This document shows positions 53,728 to 63,650 of a stretch of 64,000 nucleotides of DNA, piece after piece (position 1 is the first letter of the stretch; each line of letters starts with the position of its first letter). The notes under the pieces are model-generated. The model made no database searches. It saw only the letters and a program-made list of their open reading frames with translations, and was not told where the DNA came from. The stretch lies in contig JALUYA010000007.1 of NCBI GenBank assembly GCA_027018875.1, positions 23,607 through 87,606 of the forward strand. The letters run 5' to 3'. The position numbers and the translations under genes were made by a program. The DNA is from Gammaproteobacteria bacterium (GTDB lineage: Bacteria; Pseudomonadota; Gammaproteobacteria; JAKDMP01).

Positions 53728-55686
53728 CTAGATAGTGTCCAGGCGCTTCAAAATCTTATTCAGGGTATCGATCGCATCCGGGTTCTCGAGTGCACTGGTG
53801 TCGCCTTGGATTGGCCCCTGATCGAGCAACAATTCACGCAATAACCGGCGCATGATCTTGCCGCTCCGGGTCCGCGGCAGGGTCGGGGTAAACACGATCC
53901 GTCCGGGCCGTGCGTAGCGGCCCACCGTCGTGGTAACGGCGGCCTCCAGCTCGGCGCCAAGCGCGGGGTCGGGCTCATACCCGGCGCGCAAGACCACGAA
54001 AGCCACGGGTATCGTTCCCTTGACCGGATCATGGGTGCCGACTACGGCCGCCTCGCCGACGGCAGGGTGGTTAAGCAGTGCCGCTTCGAGTTCCATTGTG
54101 CCGAGCCGGTGTGCGGACACGTTGATGACATCGTCGGTTCTTCCCGTCACCCAGACCATGCCGTCGGCATCGATGAATGCGGCGTCACTGCTGTGGTAGT
54201 AGCCGGCATGGGTGCTGAAATAAGTATTCACATAGCGTTCAGGGTCGCCCCAAACATCCCTGGCCAGGCTGGGGAAGGGAGCGCAGAGTACCAGGTCGCC
54301 GACCTGTCCGCTCGCAACGGGCCGATCTTTTTCATCGAGAACCGAGGCCTGGTAGCCCGGCAGGGGATGGCCACAACTCCCCGGGCGGGTCGCACTCAGG
54401 CCAACCATAGACGATGTCCATGCCGTGCCGGTCTCGGTTTGCCCATAGGTGTTGTTGAGAAAGATATGGCCCTGGCCCAGCACATCGTGGGTCCACCACC
54501 AGGTATCTGGATCCAGGGGTTCGCCAACCAACGAGATGAGCCGGAGCGAGTCGAGGTCGATTCCGTGCAGGTGCTGGTCGCCACAACGGCGCAACATCCT
54601 CAATGCGGTGGGAGCGGTAAACAGTTTGGTGATGCCGTAGGCCTCGATGGTGCGATACAGGCGCCCCGGATCCGGCCAATCCAGTGCGCCTTCATAGAGC
54701 ACATGACTGGCACCGTGAGCCAAGCCGCCGACGGTGGCGAAAATGGGCATCGTCAGCCAGCCGATGTCGGCCGTACACCAGTAGACGTCCTGCGGAGTGA
54801 GAGCGAGAGACCACTTTACGTTGGCATAGGCGCCGACCAGGAACCCGATGCCCGCATGTACCAATCCCTTGGGTTGGGCGCTGGTTCCGGAGGTGTAAAT
54901 AATGAAGCCGGGTTCGTTGGCCTCCATGGGTTCGGGAGGGCAAACGGGCCGTTCGGTCTCCAGGCATTCGTGCCAGTCCAGATCCCGCTCCGTGCGCGGC
55001 GTATCCAGCCCGATTCGACGGGTGATTATGATCTGCTCGATCGAGTCGATTCCCTTCAGGGCTTTGTCGAGCGTCGCTTTTAGTGGAACCGGCCGGCCAC
55101 GACGCAGGCTGGCATCGGCGGTAATGACCACCCTGGGCCTGGCATCGGCGAGGCGCTGCTGGACCGCATGGACGGAGAACCCGGCGAAAATCACACTGTA
55201 GATCGCCCCGATCCGGTAGCAGGCATGAACCGCAACCCAGGCCTCCGGGATATTCGGGAGATAGATCGCCACCCGGTCCGCGCGCCTCACACCGAGACGC
55301 TTGAGCGCATTTGCCAGCCGGGCGGTCTGGCGTGCGAGTTCCAGGAAGGTGACTTGTTCCCGCGCACCATCCTCGCGTTCCCAGTAGATGGCGACCTGGT
55401 TGGGGTGGACCGAGGCCCAGCGGTCGATACAGTTGACCGAAACATTACCCACGCCTCCGGAGAAGTAGCGGAATCTCGGAAAACCGCCATCGAGCGTATG
55501 TATCCAGGGCGCCTGCCACTCCAGCTCACGAGCGATTTGGGCCCAATAGGCTTCGGGATCTCTGCGGGCTGCCTCCAGCAGTTCACCGGCCGCTTTTAGG
55601 GTTAGTCCGCCGGCCCGGGTAAGGTTTGCGGGAGGTGGCACCAGGGGTTGGTTGAAACTCGGTTCAGTTGGATCCTGGCTCATCAT
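53728..55686 (-). CDS. Acetyl-CoA-synthetase-family AMP-forming acyl-CoA synthetase (Acs/PrpE/acetoacetyl-CoA synthetase-like)
   Basis: Colinear with Acs: NCIDRW, RVAIYLPNIPEAWVAVHACYRIGAIYSVIFAGFS, YTSGTSAQPKGL, YWCTADIGW. 652 aa. Confidence 0.8.
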   Translation of the reverse strand: MMSQDPTEPSFNQPLVPPPANLTRAGGLTLKAAGELLEAARRDPEAYWAQIARELEWQAPWIHTLDGGFPRFRYFSGGVGNVSVNCIDRWASVHPNQVAIYWEREDGAREQVTFLELARQTARLANALKRLGVRRADRVAIYLPNIPEAWVAVHACYRIGAIYSVIFAGFSVHAVQQRLADARPRVVITADASLRRGRPVPLKATLDKALKGIDSIEQIIITRRIGLDTPRTERDLDWHECLETERPVCPPEPMEANEPGFIIYTSGTSAQPKGLVHAGIGFLVGAYANVKWSLALTPQDVYWCTADIGWLTMPIFATVGGLAHGASHVLYEGALDWPDPGRLYRTIEAYGITKLFTAPTALRMLRRCGDQHLHGIDLDSLRLISLVGEPLDPDTWWWTHDVLGQGHIFLNNTYGQTETGTAWTSSMVGLSATRPGSCGHPLPGYQASVLDEKDRPVASGQVGDLVLCAPFPSLARDVWGDPERYVNTYFSTHAGYYHSSDAAFIDADGMVWVTGRTDDVINVSAHRLGTMELEAALLNHPAVGEAAVVGTHDPVKGTIPVAFVVLRAGYEPDPALGAELEAAVTTTVGRYARPGRIVFTPTLPRTRSGKIMRRLLRELLLDQGPIQGDTSALENPDAIDTLNKILKRLDTI

Positions 55687-55756
55687 TTTGCTCCCCGTTA
55701 CTATCGAAGTACATCTTAGCGCTTCGGATCCGGGAACCGGGGTGTGAGCTTATGGC

Positions 55757-56746
55757 TCAGGAAGTGGATAGCCCCTTTTCTCGTAGCCAATCCGGGTTAT
55801 ACAGGCGTGAGTAATAGCGCCCGCCACCATCGCAAAGCAGTGTCACGATGGTATGCCCGGGGCCCAACTCGTGTGCCAGGGTCAATGCGGCGGCCACGTT
55901 GACCCCGCTGGAACTGCCGACGAACAGGCCTTCTTCGCGGAGCAAGCGGTAGACGGTGTGCACGACTTCGGTATCTTCGATCCGGATGGCGTCATCGATC
56001 GGTGCCCCCGCCAGGTTTGCCGTCACGCGGCTGTTGCCGATTCCTTCGGTGATGGAAGCAGGCCCGGTCGGCTGGGGCTCTCCCTGCTTGATATAGCTCA
56101 GCAGGGCGCTGCCGGATGGATCGGCAAGAACGCAGCGGATAGCGGGATTTTTCTCCTTGAGATAAAGCGAGACACCCGCCAGTGTCCCCCCGGTTCCGAC
56201 CGCGCAGGTAAAGGCGTCCAGGTTGCCTTCGGTTTGGCGCCAAATTTCGGGGCCGGTAGTGGTGTAATGCCCTTCGCGGTTAGCTGGATTGTCGAATTGG
56301 TTGGCCCACACGGCATTGGCGAGCGATGCGGCGTAGCGCCGCGATTGGTGCACATAATTGTCGGGATTATTGTATGGCACGGCGGGGACCGGCCTGACTT
56401 CGGCTCCCAGGGTGCGGAGCAGGTCGATTTTTTCGCGTGACTGGTTGGCGGGGATGAAAATTACACAACGATATCCCAGCGCATTACACAGGTGAGCCAG
56501 TCCAATGCCGGTGTTGCCGGCGGTGCCCTCGACCACGGTTCCTCCCGGGTGCAGATCTCCCCGCCGCTCGGCATCACGGATAATGGCCAGGGCGGCGCGA
56601 TCCTTTACGGAGCCGCCCGGATTCATGAACTCCGCCTTGGCCAGCAGGGTACATCCGGTACCAGACTCGATGCGGCGCAAATGGACCAAGGGGGTATTGC
56701 CGATAACGCCGGCAAAGCCTTCATGCAGGATTCGGGGTGCGGTCAT
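55757..56746 (-). CDS. PLP-dependent cysteine synthase/cystathionine beta-synthase-fold enzyme (CysK/CysM-like). Start placed at MTAPRILH.
   Basis: GNTPLV, the PLP-lysine region NPGGSVKDRAA, and the GTAGNTGIGLA glycine loop. Confidence 0.8.
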   Translation of the reverse strand: MTAPRILHEGFAGVIGNTPLVHLRRIESGTGCTLLAKAEFMNPGGSVKDRAALAIIRDAERRGDLHPGGTVVEGTAGNTGIGLAHLCNALGYRCVIFIPANQSREKIDLLRTLGAEVRPVPAVPYNNPDNYVHQSRRYAASLANAVWANQFDNPANREGHYTTTGPEIWRQTEGNLDAFTCAVGTGGTLAGVSLYLKEKNPAIRCVLADPSGSALLSYIKQGEPQPTGPASITEGIGNSRVTANLAGAPIDDAIRIEDTEVVHTVYRLLREEGLFVGSSSGVNVAAALTLAHELGPGHTIVTLLCDGGGRYYSRLYNPDWLREKGLSTS

Positions 56747-56816
56747 GTAAAAATCCGGTAAAACAAGGCGCCCGATTTTACCGGGATTACGCCGCTCCTT
56801 GCAGCATCGGGATAGT

Positions 56817-58457
56817 TCAGGTTCCAGGTTTATAGATCGGGATCGATTCGCGGAGCTTAGCCTTGATGATCTTTCCAAGCGGATTCCGTGGAATGCTTGC
56901 GATTATCCACAGGTGTTCGGGTAGCTTGTTGTGGGCGAAACCCCTCTCGGTGAGAAACCGACGCAATTGATCGAGATCAAGGGTTGCTTCGGCCTCGCGC
57001 AGGACGACGAATACGCCCACGCGTTCACCGAGAATGGGATCCGGGACCGGCACGGCGGCGGCATCGGCCACCGCCGGGTGCGCCAGCACGGTGGTTTCGA
57101 TCTCGGCGCTGGAGATGTTGAAACCGCCGCGTAGAATAATGTCCTTGCTGCGGTCGTGAAAGGCCAGGCGGCACTCGTCAACACGCCGAAACAAGTCCCC
57201 CGTGCGAAAAAACCCATCCGCGGTGAAGCTACGGGAATCGAGGTCCGGGCGCCGGAAATAACCCGGGAAAAGATTGGGGCCGCGTATCACCAATTCGCCG
57301 ATTCCACCGATCTGCGTGACCTCTTTTCCGGATGCATCGTCCAGCCGGGACTCGATTCCGGTCAGGTCTTGGCTGAAGCGGCAACCGGGCCCCCCCCAGA
57401 AGGGAAATTGATGGCTGCGGGCCTCGAGATCGGGAAAATCTCCGGCTCCGGCAAGCAGTCCCGTTCCCTCGTTTTGACCCCAGACACAAACCACTTCGAT
57501 ATCCCAACGGCGGCGGAACTCACGCATGGCCCAAGCCGAGGGAGGTGCCGATCCGGTGACGATCGTGCGCACCGATGATAGATCCAGACCTGCGGATTCG
57601 GATTGCTTTGCGATCAGGTTGAGAACCGCAGGAACCAGGATGGTAAAACCGATTCGGTCTTTGCTGAGCTGGTGCATCAGCAGGGGGATATCGATAGGAT
57701 GGTGTAACAGCAGGGTGCCGGCGGTCAGCAACGCGGGGACAAAGTTGACTCCGATCGCGGTCATGTTCACGAGTGGGGCAACGCAGAGAATGCGCTCACC
57801 CGATTCGATTCGGCAGCCCTCGATGACCAAGCCCGCCTGGTAGCGCCAGTTGTTATGGGTCAGCGGGCAGCCCTTGGGCTCGGCCTCGGTGCCTGAGGTC
57901 CAACAGAGGCTGAAAGTCGCATTGGCATTTATTTCGGGGAAGACCACCTCCGGAGGAGGCTGCTGCATCCAGGTGGTGAGCAGATCGAGTGAATAAATAT
58001 ACTGGAATCCGGCTTTTCGACCCAGGGCAAGATGGTCGAATCCTCGAAAGACCGTGGTAAACAGAATCCGCGCCCCGGTTTGTTTGCGTACCATCACGAG
58101 TTCATGCAATCGCCATTGCACCGGTACGGCGGAAAGAACGCCGCCGGCGCGCGAAACCGCATAGTAAAGAACCAATAATTCGAGTACATTGGGTAACTGG
58201 GCAAAAACAATCTCGCCGGGTTTCAGACCTTGGATGAGAAGTTGCGCAGCAACCCGATCGACTGCGTCTGCGAGCGCGGCGTAATCCAATTCTCCGGCAG
58301 GGCTGCCGACCAGCTCTTGACGGTTCGGTGGATCGATGACGGCAATCCGGTTCGGGTAGCGATTGGAATTGGCAATGATTTTATCCAGCAGAGTCTCGTT
58401 TTGCCACACACCTAGTCGAGTGTAATGCTCGATCAGGGATGGTGAATGTGCAATCAT
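56817..58457 (-). CDS. AMP-dependent synthetase/ligase (acyl- or aryl-CoA ligase family)
   Basis: TSGTEAEPKG adenylation motif, GYGQNEGTG-like region, C-terminal lysine domain. 546 aa. Confidence 0.75.
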   Translation of the reverse strand: MIAHSPSLIEHYTRLGVWQNETLLDKIIANSNRYPNRIAVIDPPNRQELVGSPAGELDYAALADAVDRVAAQLLIQGLKPGEIVFAQLPNVLELLVLYYAVSRAGGVLSAVPVQWRLHELVMVRKQTGARILFTTVFRGFDHLALGRKAGFQYIYSLDLLTTWMQQPPPEVVFPEINANATFSLCWTSGTEAEPKGCPLTHNNWRYQAGLVIEGCRIESGERILCVAPLVNMTAIGVNFVPALLTAGTLLLHHPIDIPLLMHQLSKDRIGFTILVPAVLNLIAKQSESAGLDLSSVRTIVTGSAPPSAWAMREFRRRWDIEVVCVWGQNEGTGLLAGAGDFPDLEARSHQFPFWGGPGCRFSQDLTGIESRLDDASGKEVTQIGGIGELVIRGPNLFPGYFRRPDLDSRSFTADGFFRTGDLFRRVDECRLAFHDRSKDIILRGGFNISSAEIETTVLAHPAVADAAAVPVPDPILGERVGVFVVLREAEATLDLDQLRRFLTERGFAHNKLPEHLWIIASIPRNPLGKIIKAKLRESIPIYKPGT

Positions 58458-58573
58458 TGGTATAATCCGCTTGACACCAAGAGGTTATTGTAGCGTGCTT
58501 TACTTTTTTCCACATTTCAAAGTTCTTACAGCTTTAGCCGATAAATTCACTCGGTCGAATGATTGAATAAGGT

Positions 58574-58897
58574 ATGGCGATCAGTCTGAGTGAACGAGCC
58601 GCCGCTCGGGTACGCCGCTACCTGACCGAGCATCGAGACCAGATCGGGCTGCGTTTGGGAGTAAAAAAAACCGGATGCTCCGGTTTTTCCTATGTGATTG
58701 ACTATGTATGCGAAGTCAACCCCGAGGATCAGGTCTTCGAAGACCATGGCATACGCATTGTGGTTGAGCGCAAAAATTTACCCCTGATCGATGGCACCCG
58801 AGTGGACTTTGTTCGCAACGGACTGAGCCAATCCTTTCATTTTTCCAACCCCAACGTGCGCAATGAATGCGGTTGTGGGGAGAGCTTCGGCGTTTAG
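58574..58897 (+). CDS. erpA: Iron-sulfur cluster insertion protein (HesB/IscA family, ErpA-like)
   Basis: 107 aa. C-terminal CGCGESF motif. Confidence 0.85.
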   Translation: MAISLSERAAARVRRYLTEHRDQIGLRLGVKKTGCSGFSYVIDYVCEVNPEDQVFEDHGIRIVVERKNLPLIDGTRVDFVRNGLSQSFHFSNPNVRNECGCGESFGV

Positions 58898-59173
58898 TTC
58901 AAGAATGTAACAGCGAGGGGTACGGCTTAATACAACCTAATGGTTTTTCTTTATTAATAGCGTAACGTGTTGATTTAAATTATTATAGTAAGTTGAATAT
59001 TTTCCTTGTTCAAGTTTTACATGAAGAGGGTCTGCCGGTGATTGACAAGTAGGTGGCGGGCTGAAATGTGATCTTCGGACAACGGTTTGCAGGTGGCCGA
59101 CCTATTCTTTAAACTTTCAAAGGTTTGGGCAAGATTCCAACTGAGAGTGCCTGATTTCTGATACGGAGAACCC

Positions 59174-59605
59174 ATGTCCCTGGAACGTACACTGTCTATC
59201 ATTAAACCGGATGCCGTGGCTAAAAACCATATCGGCGCTATTCTTTCGCGCCTGGAGCGGGCCGGACTCAAGGTTATTGCGGCCCGGATGCTGCATTTGA
59301 CGCCTGCCGAAGCAGAAGGGTTTTATGCCGTCCATCGGGAGCAGCCGTTTTTTGCCGATCTGGTCCGGTTCATGGTTTCCGGACCCGTGTTGGTACAGGT
59401 TATCGAGGGCGAGAATGCGATTGTGCGTAACCGGGAAATTATGGGCGCAACCAATCCCAAGGAGGCGGCCGTGGGAACTATCCGGGCCGATTTTGCCACG
59501 AGCATCGAGGAAAATGCCGTTCACGGTTCCGATAGTCCGGAGACGGCCATGAGGGAAATCGGCTATTTTTTCTCCGTGCTGGATATCTGTCCCCGGACCC
59601 GCTGA
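59174..59605 (+). CDS. ndk: Nucleoside diphosphate kinase
   Basis: [20 protein letters not shown] (active-site His). 143 aa. Confidence 0.95.
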   Translation: MSLERTLSIIKPDAVAKNHIGAILSRLERAGLKVIAARMLHLTPAEAEGFYAVHREQPFFADLVRFMVSGPVLVQVIEGENAIVRNREIMGATNPKEAAVGTIRADFATSIEENAVHGSDSPETAMREIGYFFSVLDICPRTR

Positions 59606-59609
59606 GGCG

Positions 59610-60713
59610 ATGAGCAACTCCCGCATCAATTTGCTGGGTTTTGACCGTACCGGCCTGGAGGCTTGGTTTATGAGTCAGGGGGAACGAAGCTTTCGCGCCC
59701 GGCAGTTGATGCGCTGGATATACCGGCGCGGCGAATACGATTTTGCGCAAATGACGGATTTGGCCAAGACGCTTCGCGAGTGGCTCCCGGTCCGGGCCGT
59801 CATCCAGTCACTCCCGGTATTGAGTGACAAGCTGGGTGCGGACGGTACGCGTAAGTGGCTGCTGGGGACCAAATCGGGCGGAGCGGTCGAAATGGTCTTT
59901 ATCCCCGAAGCGGACCGGGGGACCTTGTGTGTATCATCCCAGGTGGGTTGCGCAATGGACTGTGCCTTTTGTGCGACCGGGAGCCAAGGATTCAATCGAA
60001 ATCTCGAAGCCGCCGAGATTGTGGGGCAGGTATGGCTTGCAAGCCGCTTGCTTCCGCCGCGTCGCGATGGGTTACCCGCGGTCAGCAATGTGGTGTTTAT
60101 GGGAATGGGAGAACCATTGGCCAATTACGCCAACTTGGTGCCGGCACTGAGGCTGTTGATCGATCCGCTGAGTTTCGGCCTATCCAAGCGCCGGGTGACG
60201 GTCAGTACCTCGGGGTTGGTACCGGCCATTGATCGGCTCGCCGAAGACTGCGACGTGGCTCTTGCGGTCTCCTTGCATGCTGCTGATGATGTATTACGTG
60301 ATCGACTGGTCCCCATCAATCGGCGCTATCCGATCGCTGAACTGCTGGCTGCTTGCCGCCGGTATGTTTCCCGGAACCCGCACCGGCATGTGACGATCGA
60401 ATACGTCATGCTCGAGGGCGTTAACGATACCGATGCGCATGCCCGTGCCTTGGTGCGCCGACTGGATGGACTCAGCGCCAAGGTGAATCTGATTCCATTC
60501 AATCCGTTCCCGGGCTCCACATTCAGGCGATCCCCCCTGGTACGAATCAATCGGTTTCGCGAGATCGTCCTTGATGGAGGTTACATGACGGTGACCCGAC
60601 GTGTTCGTGGGGATGATATCGATGCGGCCTGTGGCCAGCTTTCCGGTCAGGTACAGGACCGGGTCCGTCATCGTCTGGGCGAGCGGTTGCGTTACGAGGC
60701 AATCCGGCAATGA
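59610..60713 (+). CDS. rlmN: 23S rRNA/tRNA m2A methyltransferase RlmN (radical SAM)
   Basis: CxxxCxxC in [13 protein letters not shown]. Position after ndk. Confidence 0.95.
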   Translation: MSNSRINLLGFDRTGLEAWFMSQGERSFRARQLMRWIYRRGEYDFAQMTDLAKTLREWLPVRAVIQSLPVLSDKLGADGTRKWLLGTKSGGAVEMVFIPEADRGTLCVSSQVGCAMDCAFCATGSQGFNRNLEAAEIVGQVWLASRLLPPRRDGLPAVSNVVFMGMGEPLANYANLVPALRLLIDPLSFGLSKRRVTVSTSGLVPAIDRLAEDCDVALAVSLHAADDVLRDRLVPINRRYPIAELLAACRRYVSRNPHRHVTIEYVMLEGVNDTDAHARALVRRLDGLSAKVNLIPFNPFPGSTFRRSPLVRINRFREIVLDGGYMTVTRRVRGDDIDAACGQLSGQVQDRVRHRLGERLRYEAIRQ

Positions 60714-61495
60714 TCACACGCGGAGTTTTATTCGTCTGGTTGGGGTTGCTCGTTGCCCTTGCGGGTTGTACTTCTCCGGGAGGTGTTTCCAAGATTGGCG
60801 GGAAAAAAGTTTCCCCCCGGCTCGCGGCACATTTCAACATTGAAATGGCCTACCGCTACATGCAGGCCGGCAGCATGGATCTTGCTCAACGCAAGCTGGC
60901 ATTAGCGCGCCGGGAAGCACCCCAAGATCCGGTCGTCTACAATGCCTTGGCTTTCTATTACACCCAAATCGGCAAATATGCCCGGGCCGAACATGAATTT
61001 CGCCAGGCGTTGTCCCTTGGCCCCGATAATCCGGATACATTGAATAATTATGGTACCTTTCTATGCCGGCGGGGGGAATACCGGGTATCGCTCAAGTATT
61101 TCAGTCGGGCGGCAGCAAACCTCAATTACGCCACGCCCGATTCCGCGCTTGCCAACGCCGGCACCTGTGCCCTGAAAATCCCGAATAAAAAAATTGCCCG
61201 GAGGTACTTTGAGCAGGCGCTCGCCATTAACCCCAACCAGCCCGAGGCATTGTGGCAATTGGGATTGATGGCTTTTGAAAAGGGCGATTACAGCAGCGCC
61301 AACAACCGTCTTGGGCGCCTGGTGTCGAGTGATCGGAACGTATCTCCAAGGGTGCTGTGGGTCGCCATCGAAGCTGCTTGGACCGTAGGGGATCAGGTTA
61401 ACGCCAAGCGCTATGGACGCCGGTTGCTCAAGAAGTTTCCCGGTTCCCGGGAAGCACGCAAGTTCATCCATTTGATCAGCCGAACCGGGCCATGA
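60710..61495 (+). CDS. pilF: Type IV pilus biogenesis/stability TPR lipoprotein PilF (PilW)
   Basis: Lipobox LAGCTS, TPR repeats. Conserved ndk-rlmN-pilF-rodZ order. Confidence 0.8.
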   Translation: MITRGVLFVWLGLLVALAGCTSPGGVSKIGGKKVSPRLAAHFNIEMAYRYMQAGSMDLAQRKLALARREAPQDPVVYNALAFYYTQIGKYARAEHEFRQALSLGPDNPDTLNNYGTFLCRRGEYRVSLKYFSRAAANLNYATPDSALANAGTCALKIPNKKIARRYFEQALAINPNQPEALWQLGLMAFEKGDYSSANNRLGRLVSSDRNVSPRVLWVAIEAAWTVGDQVNAKRYGRRLLKKFPGSREARKFIHLISRTGP

Positions 61496-62334
61496 GCAAT
61501 AACGATCAGGAGCCGACCGATGTGAATGGCCCGGGGCTCGGGGTACGTTTGCAGGGCGCCAGAGAAGCCCTTGGGCTGGAACGGGAGGCTGCGGCCGAGT
61601 CTTTTGGCATCCCCGTACGGGTAATCGAGGCGTTGGAATCGGAAGAGTATTATCGCCTGGAAGCTCCCGTTTACGTGCGGGGGTATCTGCGTAAGTATGC
61701 GCATTTTCTCGGCTTGCCGGAGGCGGAATTGCTTGAAATATATACTCGTTCGGCCGGGTTCGAGGAACCGGTAGTGCGGGCTCATGCCACAACGCAGGGC
61801 ATGTACAATATTTCCTCGCGGTGGTTATTTCCCGCAGGAGTAGGAATATTCGCGGTGCTTTTGATTCTTGCGGGGCTGTGGGCATGGCACCGCTCTCAGC
61901 AGAACAAACGGTTTTCCAATATTCCCCCGACGGCAGTTTCGGCCGCCATGGCTTCAAGCGTCAATGTGCCATTGTCGGCCACTATGGTTCGCTCGGGTGG
62001 TTCGGTAACTGCCTCGCAATACCGCATCTCCTCTCGGGGGGCCGTACAAACGGGGATCAGCCTGCGTTTGCGCCTGCATGTGACGTCACCTTCCTGGATC
62101 GAGGTGTATGGGCCGGATCACCAACGACTCTACTATAATTTGGCCGCGGCCGGTCAAAATATCCACCTCGATTCCGCCCACGGTCCGCTGACGGTATTCT
62201 TGGGAAATGCGCCGGGGGTCGAGATCAAGGTCAATGGACGCCCCTATACGATTTCCCCTAGATTCCGCAAGGGTAAAACGGCACGTTTCCAGATATCAGG
62301 ATCGGTACTACCATCGCCGGCGGTTACCCGATGA
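61492..62334 (+). CDS. rodZ: Cytoskeleton protein RodZ (HTH-XRE + TM + periplasmic domain)
   Basis: N-terminal HTH (LGVRLQGAREALGLEREAAAESFGIPVRVIEALE), a single TM helix, a Ser-rich linker. Confidence 0.8.
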   Translation: MSNNDQEPTDVNGPGLGVRLQGAREALGLEREAAAESFGIPVRVIEALESEEYYRLEAPVYVRGYLRKYAHFLGLPEAELLEIYTRSAGFEEPVVRAHATTQGMYNISSRWLFPAGVGIFAVLLILAGLWAWHRSQQNKRFSNIPPTAVSAAMASSVNVPLSATMVRSGGSVTASQYRISSRGAVQTGISLRLRLHVTSPSWIEVYGPDHQRLYYNLAAAGQNIHLDSAHGPLTVFLGNAPGVEIKVNGRPYTISPRFRKGKTARFQISGSVLPSPAVTR

Positions 62335-63638
62335 GCGGGGGAATTCAGGCAGTCAGGGGATTTAATGATATCCTTCCCGGGCAGGCTACCCGTTGGCAGG
62401 CCATTGAGGCTATTGCGGCGGAAGTGCTCGATACCGCGGGTTATGGCGAGATACGACTTCCGATATTGGAGCAAACTACCTTGTTTGCCCGTTCGATCGG
62501 TACCGGCACGGACATTGTCGAGAAAGAAATGTACAGTTTCGAGGATCGGGGTGGGGATTCCCTGAGCATGCGTCCCGAAGGGACCGCCGGTTGCGTACGT
62601 GCAGGCATCAGTCATGGGCTGTTCAATGGCAGCCAGATAAGGCTCCGGTATGGTGGGCCGATGTTTCGTCATGAACGCCCGCAAAAGGGACGATATCGCC
62701 AGTTCCATCAGATTGGCGCGGAGGCGTTTGGTATTCAGGGAGCGGATATCGAAGCGGAAATGATCTTGTTGGGGGCTCGCCTGTGGCGTCGCCTTGGGTT
62801 AAAGCATATCGGTCTGCGGATAAATTCGCTGGGCAGGCCGCAGGAACGCGAAATATACCGTAGCGCGCTGATCGAATATCTGCACGAGCATATGGACCGA
62901 CTGGATGCCGACGCGCGGCGCCGGCTTGAAACCAACCCGCTGCGCATACTCGACAGCAAGGATCCCAAGATCCGCAAGCTCCTCACCGAGGCGCCTCGCA
63001 TAGGGGATTATTTCGGGGATCAGACCCGGCTTCAATTCGCTGAATTATGCACCCGGCTCGACCTGCTGGGTATCGGCTATACGCTCGATCCGTTTCTGGT
63101 TCGCGGGCTAGATTATTATACCGGGCTGGTGTTCGAGTGGACCACCGATCTCCTGGGCGCGCAGGATGCGGTTTGCTCCGGCGGGCGTTATGACGGTCTC
63201 GTTGCCCGGCTGGGCGGTAGAGATACTCCGGCGGTGGGCTGGGCGTTGGGAATGGAACGGCTGGTATTGTTGGTTGAGGCCGAAGGTAAAACTCCGCCAC
63301 CAACGCCACCGGATGCCTATTTCATTGCCCTGGGGAAGGAAGCCGAGTATAAGGCCCTGGTGCTGTCGGAGAGATTGCGCGACCGATATCCCCGATTGCG
63401 GCTCATGGTCAACATGGGGGGCGGTTCGCTGAAGTCCCAGTTGCGTCGCGCCGACCGGGCCGGCGCGCGCTATGCGCTCATTCTCGGTGAGTCCGAATTG
63501 AACGCAGGTACGGTGATACTCAAGCCGCTTGGCGAAAAGGGGGAGCAGACTTCCGCGGATTTCGAGGCGGTGGCCGATACGCTGATACGAAAACTGCGGC
63601 ACGGATATGCGACAGCGAATAGATTTAACCCTGGTTGA
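62331..63638 (+). CDS. hisS: Histidine--tRNA ligase
   Basis: VRGFNDILPG, class II motifs (MYSFEDRGGDSLSMRPEGTA; GGRYDGL). 435 aa. Confidence 0.95.
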   Translation: MSGGIQAVRGFNDILPGQATRWQAIEAIAAEVLDTAGYGEIRLPILEQTTLFARSIGTGTDIVEKEMYSFEDRGGDSLSMRPEGTAGCVRAGISHGLFNGSQIRLRYGGPMFRHERPQKGRYRQFHQIGAEAFGIQGADIEAEMILLGARLWRRLGLKHIGLRINSLGRPQEREIYRSALIEYLHEHMDRLDADARRRLETNPLRILDSKDPKIRKLLTEAPRIGDYFGDQTRLQFAELCTRLDLLGIGYTLDPFLVRGLDYYTGLVFEWTTDLLGAQDAVCSGGRYDGLVARLGGRDTPAVGWALGMERLVLLVEAEGKTPPPTPPDAYFIALGKEAEYKALVLSERLRDRYPRLRLMVNMGGGSLKSQLRRADRAGARYALILGESELNAGTVILKPLGEKGEQTSADFEAVADTLIRKLRHGYATANRFNPG

Positions 63639-63650
63639 GGAGTAAACGGA

